Virus record (IMG/VR): IMGVR_UViG_3300025014_000154
Span: 1 to 47,244 of that record
DNA: 47,244 nucleotides
Source: a virus
Lineage: Duplodnaviria; Caudoviricetes
Reading direction: 5' to 3' (one strand)
Shown: positions 28,360 through 36,038 of the stretch, piece after piece
Layout: each line of letters opens with the position of its first letter
Numbering within the stretch: the first letter of the stretch is position 1
The notes under the pieces: model-generated
Seen by the model: the letters and a program-made list of their open reading frames with translations, nothing else
Told to the model about the DNA's origin: nothing
The model's database searches: none
Program-made: the position numbers and the translations under genes

Positions 28360-29919
28360 CTACGTGTAAGTGGTGACGGGATCGCTGGCTTGGGTGTCGG
28401 CGGCTTGAGCTGCATGCTTGTTGGGCTCTGCGCTGCCACCGTCTTTGGAGGTACGCCGGGGGTCGGAGTCAAAAATCAGACCCAGGTCATCGGCGCGCTG
28501 GTTGTCAGCAGCGATTTCCCGGTCGACGTCCTCTGCGTCATAGCCAAAAGCCGAAATCGCCTCAGACCGACTCATCAGCCCCGAGCGAATCGCCAGCAAC
28601 ATGGCTTTGAACTCTTTCTCAGGGTCAACCCACTGCCAGCCCTGCGGAATCCACTTGGCAGCGAGGTATTGCCTGCGCTTGGCGTTGCCACCCCGGGCAA
28701 AACCCGGCGCTGTCAAGGCACCGCTGAGCACGGCCTGCTTCATCCATGCAGCCCACACCGGGCGACACATCTGATGAACCAGCACGCCGTGCTGCACCAT
28801 CTCGCATCGCCTGCGGAACTCAAGCATCCCGGCGCGAATGCTGGAATAGTTCACGCCAGAGAGGTCGCCAGTCAGTTGTTCATAAGTGATACCAATGGCC
28901 GCTGCCACTGCCCGAAACTGGGCGCGCAGGAATTCACCGTAGGAGCCACCCACATCGGCCGGGTCAGAGAACTTGATGTCTTCTCCGGGCTCCAGTATCT
29001 GCATGGTGCCGGGCTCAAGACCAGCCAGCGACACACCGTTGCCATCCGGCAAACCTTCGCCCAGCAGGTTGTCCTCCACGCTTTGGCGGGTGACAAAGCC
29101 TGCGAACATGGCGGCGGTCTTCTTGCGCACCAGTTCCGCATCGTCGTACTGGTCGAGTTCATTGAGCTTGACCAGCGCGCGTGAGAGCCACGGCTCGCCC
29201 CGAATCTGCCCCGGGCGGAGCACCTTATACAGGTGGATGATTTCACTGGCATCGATGCGCACCGTCTCCAAGCCACCCTGGCCGGACATGGGTGCGAGCC
29301 TGCCGTCCTCTGGGTGAGATCGGTACAAGTGGTACGCCACGCGCCTGCCAACCCCATCAAATTCGATGCCCGAGCGGACAACGTTTCCTGAATCAAGATC
29401 GATGTTGTGATTCAGTGGCAAATGTTCTGGCTCGATCAACTGAAGTTGCAGCGGCACACTCAGACCATCTTCAGGTCGGCGCGGCCGCAGTCGGATCAGG
29501 CACTCACCGCCCTCCAACATGGCCCGACAAGCCAATGCTTGCAAACCATAAAAGTCAGTCTGGCCTGCCGCATCGGCTTCCTCCACCCAGTCGCGCCACA
29601 GTGTCTGCACTGCAGCCTTGAACGTGTCGTCACCGGCCAGACTTTGTGGCTTGATGCCGGTGCCGACCGCATTGGCCACAAAGGCCTCGATGCCAGATTG
29701 CGCCCAGGCGTTGCGTCGCACCAGATCGCGGCTTTTGGTGCGCAATTCGGAATTGGTGGCCAAGAGCGCCGACACAGCGCCCGGGTTGCCGGGCATCCAT
29801 GCCTGTGCGCGTCTGCCACGGCCTGCTGCCTCATGAACCGGCCCCTGACCCATCTGGCCAAACAGGCTGCGGATTTTTCCGAGCCAGCTCGCTGGCGTAC
29901 GTGATGTATTCCAAGCCAT
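28360..29919 (-). CDS. Portal protein, lambda family
   Basis: RPGQIRGEPWL, LTGDLSGVNYSSIRAG, WVDPEKE; start MAWNTSR overlaps gpW stop (TGATG). Confidence 0.93.
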   Translation of the reverse strand: MAWNTSRTPASWLGKIRSLFGQMGQGPVHEAAGRGRRAQAWMPGNPGAVSALLATNSELRTKSRDLVRRNAWAQSGIEAFVANAVGTGIKPQSLAGDDTFKAAVQTLWRDWVEEADAAGQTDFYGLQALACRAMLEGGECLIRLRPRRPEDGLSVPLQLQLIEPEHLPLNHNIDLDSGNVVRSGIEFDGVGRRVAYHLYRSHPEDGRLAPMSGQGGLETVRIDASEIIHLYKVLRPGQIRGEPWLSRALVKLNELDQYDDAELVRKKTAAMFAGFVTRQSVEDNLLGEGLPDGNGVSLAGLEPGTMQILEPGEDIKFSDPADVGGSYGEFLRAQFRAVAAAIGITYEQLTGDLSGVNYSSIRAGMLEFRRRCEMVQHGVLVHQMCRPVWAAWMKQAVLSGALTAPGFARGGNAKRRQYLAAKWIPQGWQWVDPEKEFKAMLLAIRSGLMSRSEAISAFGYDAEDVDREIAADNQRADDLGLIFDSDPRRTSKDGGSAEPNKHAAQAADTQASDPVTTYT

Positions 29920-30140
29920 CAGAAGCCCTTGGATGTGGTCACGCGAATCTGGCGCGGCGCGCCAGGCCACATGCCAGTGGATGCAGCCTGCTCAGACAGA
30001 CCTCGTTTGACCTCACGAATGGCTTGGCGTAGTTCGTCAACGGAGCGGTATTCGACCGTCTTGTCGCCAAAGGAGACACGACGCTCCCCTTGAGTGAGTG
30101 CGGTTTGCAGGGCTTCGAGTTGGGTTTGTGAGAAGGACAT
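29919..30140 (-). CDS. Head-tail joining protein gpW-like
   Basis: ALTQGERRVSFGDKTVEYRSVDEL; directly upstream of portal. Confidence 0.85.
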   Translation of the reverse strand: MSFSQTQLEALQTALTQGERRVSFGDKTVEYRSVDELRQAIREVKRGLSEQAASTGMWPGAPRQIRVTTSKGF

Positions 30141-30161
30141 GGTGGTTTTTCTGTTCGGGCC

Positions 30162-30566
30162 TTAGCGCCAGACGGTCAGATTGGTCTCGGTGGTGTCAGA
30201 CAAGGTGCCGCTGGCGGTGGCGCAGATGACTTCGACAAAGTCAGCAGTCTTTCCCTCAGCCAGCACCCGGGCGGCGGCGTACTTCATGGTTTTTTGTTGA
30301 CCTGCATTGCGTGCAAAGGCCTGCCAGCAGTAGTTGGCGTCCCTCATCGGCGAGATAAACGTCACCCGAAACCGGCCAGTGCTGGTACGGGTGACACTTT
30401 GAACATTGAACCCAGCCCGAACAAGCACCGATGCCTGCTCGCCAGAGCCACTGACACCAAAGCACACCCAGGCTTTGGCAACCCCTGGGTGATCGGCGGT
30501 GATGCGGGTCTTGAGTTCCAGGGCAAGGCGCTGCGCCAGTTCGGTGACGTGTTGGGCCAGATTCAT
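30162..30566 (-). CDS. Hypothetical virion protein with fibre-tip-like C-terminal domain
   Basis: AKAWVCFG...GFNVQSVTRTSTGRFRVTF resembles fibre distal domains; ATG at 30566. Confidence 0.55.
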   Translation of the reverse strand: MNLAQHVTELAQRLALELKTRITADHPGVAKAWVCFGVSGSGEQASVLVRAGFNVQSVTRTSTGRFRVTFISPMRDANYCWQAFARNAGQQKTMKYAAARVLAEGKTADFVEVICATASGTLSDTTETNLTVWR

Positions 30567-30590
30567 GGTCAATCAGTCAGAGTGAACTGC

Positions 30591-31097
30591 TTAGGCCACC
30601 AGGGCAGCTTCGAACGCGGCCACAAAGTCGGTGTCAAAGTTGCCAATGTCCAGCGCGGAGACCGCACCAATGTTCTGGCGCGCCTGATCTTGCTCAACGG
30701 CAGTGAGGGCCTGCGCCGCATCAAAGCGGACTCGGGCATTCACCGCTGTGAGCAACGCATTGATGCCAGTCTGGTCGCTCAAAATGGCAGTTTGAAGCTC
30801 CTTGAGCGTGTCAAACGCCGCATCAGCGCCGCCCAGCAAATCTGCCTTGAGAGCATCCAACAAGGTGGTGATCTTGGATGCCGAGAACGTGGTGGCAGTG
30901 CCTGCGGCGTTGACATCGTCAATGAGGGTGATGCCAGCCAACGTAGAAATCTGGGTGCGCAGCTCGTTGATGGAACTGACCAGGTTGGTTTTGTCAGTGG
31001 TGGAGAGGTTGGACAGCGTGCCGACCTGACCGTAAATGGTCTTGAACTCGGCGGCAAGGCGTAGAACCAGGGATTCAAGACGTGTTTGCAAACTCAT
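30591..31097 (-). CDS. Hypothetical coiled-coil fibre-like protein
   Basis: LSTTDKTNLVSSINEL, GGADAAFDTLKEL, QARQNIGA motifs seen in phage fibre proteins; GGAG SD. Confidence 0.6.
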   Translation of the reverse strand: MSLQTRLESLVLRLAAEFKTIYGQVGTLSNLSTTDKTNLVSSINELRTQISTLAGITLIDDVNAAGTATTFSASKITTLLDALKADLLGGADAAFDTLKELQTAILSDQTGINALLTAVNARVRFDAAQALTAVEQDQARQNIGAVSALDIGNFDTDFVAAFEAALVA

Positions 31098-31129
31098 GGG
31101 GAAAACTCCAAAAAAGTGGAAAGAGAAAT

Positions 31130-31151
31130 AAAAAATGGCACCGAAGTGCCA
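31130..31151 (-). terminator. Intrinsic terminator after terminase large subunit
   Basis: UGGCAC-UUCG-GUGCCA followed by U6 on the minus strand. Confidence 0.7.
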
Positions 31152-31182
31152 GGGTTAGACAGCCAACAAGTGACCACAGCCC

Positions 31183-33225
31183 CTAGCGTTTAAGCCAGGG
31201 ACTACGAATCACGCGGCGACTGAATTTGGGCTGTCCAGAAACACTGATGCCAGCGCGACCTTGTTCGGTTGGGCTGGCATCAATGGCATCTGTGGACAAA
31301 TCTGATGGGGTGACATTCATCCCTGGGTCGGGCGGTCGCGCCAGCCCAAGTTGTTTTTCTAACTCGCGCCAGTGGCGCTCCTCGAAGCGGTCCAGACCGA
31401 CACTCGACGCTGCCGCCCGGGCGTACACATAGCAGTCCAGCGCTTCGTTGCGCTCGCGCATCTTTTGCCACTCGCGGTGGGCAAAGCCGTTTCGGTCGTG
31501 GCGGGTGATCAAACTCTCGGCGCACAACTGCTGCACATATTCGGCGTCCACCTTGGGCAAATGAACAAATCCGGCCGGGTAAAGCGGTGTACTGCCGTCA
31601 GAGCCCACATCTGCTGCTTTGCGCAGGTTGTTGTAAAGCTCCATCTTGGCCATGCCCACCGCCACCGAATACAGCTTGATGCCTCGGCGCAGCTTCTTGC
31701 CACCCTGGGTTACATCAACCGCCGTAGGCGTGCCAATCAACGCTGCGCCACCCATCGCACCGCTGCGCACTCCTTTGACCGGCATGAGTCGCGGGTCGTG
31801 GCAACTGCGGGCGAACGCATAGGTCTCCTGGGTGGCAAAGCCTGTGTCCAGCGCCAGCCTGGTCAATGGCATCAACACACCACTGGCGTGCGTCCAGCGC
31901 TCGGCCAGCAACTCTGACAAGCGTTTCCACACAGCGTCGCGGGCGGTATCGCCCATGATGACCCGGTGTTCCACCAGCCAGGACTCCTTGCCCCGACCAA
32001 ATGCCCAGATCGACACTTCAATCCGGTCTTTCTGCACGTCCGCACCGGCCACCAACAGCAAGCCACCCAGGGCAACGCTGCCGATTCGATAATCTTCGCG
32101 TCGCTCCACCAATCGCTGCCAGTCCGGTGCCTCGCCTTCTTCGAGCCAGGTCTCACCCAATTCGGTATTTTTGAAGGTCTTAATAGCTGCGGGGGAACCT
32201 GATTCCTTGCTGACTGCACTCTCCCAAGCGGCTGCAACATCGCGCCAGCTACGCCAGCCGACCGGGCTGTAAAGGCTGGAGAGGTGAAAACCAGCCGTCT
32301 TCTTGCGACCTTTGCTGCTCTTTGCAGACTCTTGATCGATCATGCTGCGCCATTGGCCCAACTCCAACATGCGCGTCTTGTGGTGTTCAGCAATGGGCTG
32401 TTCACAGGACTCGCACAGGTAGGCTGCAGTTTCTGGTTTGGCTTTTTCCCAGCGCAGTTGCTCAAAGCGCAGCCACTGGCGGTGATCGCAGTGTGGACAG
32501 GGCACAAAGTAGCGGCGCTGATCGGATGCCTCATATTCACGCTCAATGGCCGAAACACCCGAGATGGTCGGGGTCGACACGATAAATATCTTGCGCCGGG
32601 TGAAGGTGCGCGTGCGTGCTTCGGCCAGGGAAATCGCATCACCTTCGCCTTCCACGTCCAGCGGATAACCGTCGACCTCGTCCAGGAACAAATAGCGCAC
32701 CGGCATGGAGCGCAAACCCACCGCGCTGTTGGCTCCAGTCATCACCAGCACGCCACCCCGGAACTCTTTGGCCAGGATAGTGTTGCCGGAATCCCGTGAC
32801 CGGGCTGGTGATATCAATTCACGCAGGGCGGCCGACTCCTCGATCAAGGGGTCAATGCGCTGCTTGGAATTTCGCTTGGCCATGTCCACCGTTGGCCAGA
32901 CTGCCATCATCGGCCCGGGCGCATGGTGGATCACATAGCCTATCCAGCAGGACCCACATTCAGTCGCGCCGACCTGTGCCGCCTTCATGAACACCACCCG
33001 CTCCACTGGCGAGTTGGGTGAGAGGCAATCCATGATTTCCTTCAGGTACGGCGTGCGGCTGGTGCGCCAGCGTCCGGGCTCTGCTGATGCCTTGCTGGAG
33101 AGCATACGGTGCTGATCTGACCACTCTGACACCGACAGCAGTGGGTCTGGGGTCAGACCGTCGCGCCAGGCTCGCTCAATCTCTGTTGCGCCATCGTAAT
33201 GATCGGTATCGATTTGAGTGCTCAT
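31183..33225 (-). CDS. Terminase large subunit (lambda gpA family)
   Basis: RTPYLKEIMD, MKAAQVGATE, YLFLDEVD, STPT, NEALDCYVYA. Confidence 0.95.
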   Translation of the reverse strand: MSTQIDTDHYDGATEIERAWRDGLTPDPLLSVSEWSDQHRMLSSKASAEPGRWRTSRTPYLKEIMDCLSPNSPVERVVFMKAAQVGATECGSCWIGYVIHHAPGPMMAVWPTVDMAKRNSKQRIDPLIEESAALRELISPARSRDSGNTILAKEFRGGVLVMTGANSAVGLRSMPVRYLFLDEVDGYPLDVEGEGDAISLAEARTRTFTRRKIFIVSTPTISGVSAIEREYEASDQRRYFVPCPHCDHRQWLRFEQLRWEKAKPETAAYLCESCEQPIAEHHKTRMLELGQWRSMIDQESAKSSKGRKKTAGFHLSSLYSPVGWRSWRDVAAAWESAVSKESGSPAAIKTFKNTELGETWLEEGEAPDWQRLVERREDYRIGSVALGGLLLVAGADVQKDRIEVSIWAFGRGKESWLVEHRVIMGDTARDAVWKRLSELLAERWTHASGVLMPLTRLALDTGFATQETYAFARSCHDPRLMPVKGVRSGAMGGAALIGTPTAVDVTQGGKKLRRGIKLYSVAVGMAKMELYNNLRKAADVGSDGSTPLYPAGFVHLPKVDAEYVQQLCAESLITRHDRNGFAHREWQKMRERNEALDCYVYARAAASSVGLDRFEERHWRELEKQLGLARPPDPGMNVTPSDLSTDAIDASPTEQGRAGISVSGQPKFSRRVIRSPWLKR

Positions 33226-33806
33226 CAGTCAACGCTTGCCTGTAAATTGCCCAATTCCTGCAAGTGCTCACGCACCGCGTTCTCCAGCGCCACGTGCATG
33301 GTGTGCGCATCCAATTCCAATTTGGCGGCCATCTGTGCAGAAACCCGGGCGGGCCAGTTCAGCCACGCATCACGTTCGCTTCGCGCCAGCTTGAACACAT
33401 GGGCGATGGCCTGCGGCCGATCAATGAGTTCGCCTTTGAGTCTGGCCAGACGCACCTTGTTGGTCTGCGCCTTGACCACCTCGTTGACGGTTCGGGCTTG
33501 CAGCAGCGAGGTGCCACCGGCACCGCCCACACCTCCACCACCGCCAGAACCAGTGTTGGTTGCAGCGCCCGCACCAACTCTGTCACCACCACCCTCGCCA
33601 TCGACCTCCGGCACTTTGACCTTGACGGCGGGTCGTTGCGTGCCTGTCTTGGGCGCACTGGTGTTGCGCGCCCACTGTGCGTCGGCCTGATCCGGATCAA
33701 TCGTGCCGTCAGCGAGCGCTTCAATGCGCCCGCTACGGATGGCCTTGTGGACGGCGGTGTCGGTGACCCCGCGATGGCGGGCATAGGCGCGAATCGATAG
33801 TCCCAT
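33225..33806 (-). CDS. Terminase small subunit (Nu1-like)
   Basis: N-terminal HTH SIRAYARHRGVTDTAVHKAI, LARLKGELI; 1-bp overlap with large subunit. Confidence 0.8.
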   Translation of the reverse strand: MGLSIRAYARHRGVTDTAVHKAIRSGRIEALADGTIDPDQADAQWARNTSAPKTGTQRPAVKVKVPEVDGEGGGDRVGAGAATNTGSGGGGGVGGAGGTSLLQARTVNEVVKAQTNKVRLARLKGELIDRPQAIAHVFKLARSERDAWLNWPARVSAQMAAKLELDAHTMHVALENAVREHLQELGNLQASVD

Positions 33807-33997
33807 GGGTGTGTTGTGTTCTTTTCATTTCAAAAGTGATGCGTCAGGCAGAGATGCAAATTTGCATCTCTGGTGGGGTGTTGGTTTGAAGCCAATCAAA
33901 GTTAAAAAAGATTGAAAAAAAAGATGCGAACTGACTTGGCTTCTGAAGCACACAGCGTCTTACTACAAGCATCGCAACCAACCAAACGGAGTTAGAA

Positions 33998-34207
33998 ATG
34001 AAAAGCACCATCGACCAGATTTTTACCCTGATTGCCCAAAAACACCTCTTTATCGAGACGCTGGAAACGCGCAACGCAGACAGCCTTGACTTCCATGACG
34101 TCGCAGTCTGGGCGGTACGGGATGCCCTGGAAGCAGCTTTTAAAGCGGGCGTCGAAGTGGGTGCAACCATGCCAAAGCCGACTGAGTCGGAGATTGCCAA
34201 CACATAA
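33998..34207 (+). CDS. DUF6900-like small phage protein
   Basis: IAQKHLFIETLETRNADSLDFHDVAVW; GGAG SD. Confidence 0.75.
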   Translation: MKSTIDQIFTLIAQKHLFIETLETRNADSLDFHDVAVWAVRDALEAAFKAGVEVGATMPKPTESEIANT

Positions 34208-34303
34208 AAAGATCACGACAAGCTAAGAAGAAAAAGCTTGGCTTGTCCTGCAAACAGCGCGTTCATCACATCGTCTTAATTAACCATCAAAAAGGAACCT
34301 CAA

Positions 34304-35038
34304 ATGAGCACCATTACATTGACTGCCACCCAGCACGCCATGCTGACCCATGCCATCGACCACACAGAAGGACGCATCGACTGGTTTCCAGAAAACATCA
34401 AAGGCGGCGCACGCCAGAAAGTGTTGCAAGGACTTTTCAACCGCGCACTGATCACAAGCAACGGTGTCGACCACTTTGTCGCCGCCGAGGGCTACGACGT
34501 GCTGGGCTGCGCCAAACCCACTGCTTGCAGCATCGCACCAGACCCAGAACTTGACGCAGCCGTGGCGCAGGCTGAGGCCTCGTGGACGCAAGGTGTGGAC
34601 ACCAACGATGCTGATCATGACAACGTGGATACCAACGAGTCAGCGCCAGCAGCCCAAGCCGAACCAGGCGACGTCGCCAACGAAACCGAAATTGACCTGC
34701 ACGACAACGCCACAGGATGCGACGAACGCCTGGCTGGCACTGATGCACCAGCAACTGAAATCGACGCGACACAGGGCCAGCCCTTGTCGGCCGCAGCGCC
34801 AGCCGAGCAGCCCGTTGCGAAGGTCATCCGCACCCGCGAAAACAGCAAGCAGGCAACCATCATCGGCATGCTCCAGCGCACCGAGGGTGCCACCATCGCC
34901 CAGATTTGCGAGGTAACTGGCTGGCAAGCCCATACCGTGCGCGGCACCTTTGCCGGAGCTTTCAAAAAGAAACTGGGCATGACCATCACATCAGACAAAG
35001 CACAAGGCGGCGTGCGCACCTACCGGGCAGCAGCCTAA
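34304..35038 (+). CDS. DUF3489 domain protein (putative wHTH DNA-binding)
   Basis: C-terminal RENSKQATIIGMLQRTEGATIAQICEVTGWQAHTVRG; acidic linker. Confidence 0.85.
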   Translation: MSTITLTATQHAMLTHAIDHTEGRIDWFPENIKGGARQKVLQGLFNRALITSNGVDHFVAAEGYDVLGCAKPTACSIAPDPELDAAVAQAEASWTQGVDTNDADHDNVDTNESAPAAQAEPGDVANETEIDLHDNATGCDERLAGTDAPATEIDATQGQPLSAAAPAEQPVAKVIRTRENSKQATIIGMLQRTEGATIAQICEVTGWQAHTVRGTFAGAFKKKLGMTITSDKAQGGVRTYRAAA

Positions 35039-35132
35039 AAAATTGATTCGGAAAGAAGCCAAATTGACTTGGCTTCTCAATCGAACAGCGCGTTACTACG
35101 GGTGTCGCAACAACAACCCCGAAAGGAAAATC

Positions 35133-35333
35133 ATGAACCAAGTCAAAGTCAAACGGGTCTCCACCAACGAAGAACTCATCTCCAAACGTACCATCGGTTA
35201 CCAAATTTTTATCAACGACGAGTTTTTACTGACCTGCGACGATGTTTGCGATGCGATGGACTTTAAGGAAAAGCTGGAAAAGCAACCACACGATTGGGTC
35301 AAGATTGAATCCCATTCCGATTGGTCGAAATGA
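35133..35333 (+). CDS. Hypothetical protein (66 aa)
   Basis: AAGGA SD, ATG at 35133, behind leader repeat; lower GC. Confidence 0.6.
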   Translation: MNQVKVKRVSTNEELISKRTIGYQIFINDEFLLTCDDVCDAMDFKEKLEKQPHDWVKIESHSDWSK

Positions 35334-35460
35334 AGCTGATACCTACCGGGCCAGGAAACTGGCCCCTTCAAAAAGAATCAAAAATGATCAGAATTGACTT
35401 GGCTTCACAACAAAGAAGCGCGTTACTACAAGCATCGCAACACACCAAACGGAAATCGAA

Positions 35461-35826
35461 ATGAGCAACGCAACGCAAATCCTTCCAACCCAGAACGAAG
35501 GGTTTGGTTTTTGGGGCACCATGAACGAGCACGCCAGCGCCGCCTGGCCCATCGCATCCACAGAAATTGCCGCAGCCACCGGGTGCGAACCTGAACAGGT
35601 ACGCGCCTTCCTGGACAGCCGCTTTGGCCGACACTTCGCAGACGAAGTTCAAGACTGGCTTGTTGCTGGCAGCGACATGGCCGATGCCATTGGCCAAGCA
35701 ACCAATCGCTGGATGAAATGGAAAATCAGTCGCATCACCTCAAACGAATACGGCATCCCTCGCGGCATGGCTTACTTGACCGGGTTTGTGGTGCAAGCCG
35801 CCATCGACGACGAGCTTTTTGCCTGA
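35461..35826 (+). CDS. Hypothetical phage protein
   Basis: TQNEGFGFWGTM, VRAFLDSRFGRHFADEV; behind leader repeat. Confidence 0.7.
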   Translation: MSNATQILPTQNEGFGFWGTMNEHASAAWPIASTEIAAATGCEPEQVRAFLDSRFGRHFADEVQDWLVAGSDMADAIGQATNRWMKWKISRITSNEYGIPRGMAYLTGFVVQAAIDDELFA

Positions 35827-36038
35827 CGCACACGCCGGGCCTCAAACGCCCGGCGCAGCAAGTAACTGCGCACCAGCGACACACCCGTAAAGATCAATCC
35901 GATTACCAGGTTCTGCGACAAGGTCGCATGCAACCCAAACAGCGGGAACACCAAATACTGAGTGGTCACCGCCACGATGTAGCCCACCAGCACGTTGACC
36001 ACCGACTCCACCAGGGACATCCAGCGCGACTGCATCAT
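35772..36038 (-). CDS. Small membrane protein
   Basis: QSRWMSLVESVVNVLVGY…SLVRSYLLRRAFE; two hydrophobic helices; ATGA-coupled to methyltransferase. Confidence 0.7.
   Translation of the reverse strand: MMQSRWMSLVESVVNVLVGYIVAVTTQYLVFPLFGLHATLSQNLVIGLIFTGVSLVRSYLLRRAFEARRVRQAKSSSSMAACTTNPVK

Larger units (their letters stand above)
33933..35441 (+). repeat. Four dispersed copies of a conserved gene-leader element
   Basis: CTTGGCTT(C/G)-N8-(AC/GA)AGCG..TT core at about 33933-33978, 34237-34273, 35064-35111, 35394-35441; copies 1, 3 and 4 continue TACTAC…TCGCAAC; each lies just upstream of an SD and ATG. Confidence 0.85.

Noticed and set aside
9700-33800. Numerous long plus-strand and alternate-frame ORFs over structural genes (e.g. 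17984-18892, 13067-13876, 28390-29184)
   Set aside because: Shadow ORFs expected from GC-rich codon bias; no motifs, unlike the overprinted HNH in the intein.
33933-35441. Integron attC cassette array or CRISPR
   Set aside because: No clear RYYYAAC/GTTRRRY ends, no integron integrase in view, and repeats are degenerate and lie 5' of genes like promoters.
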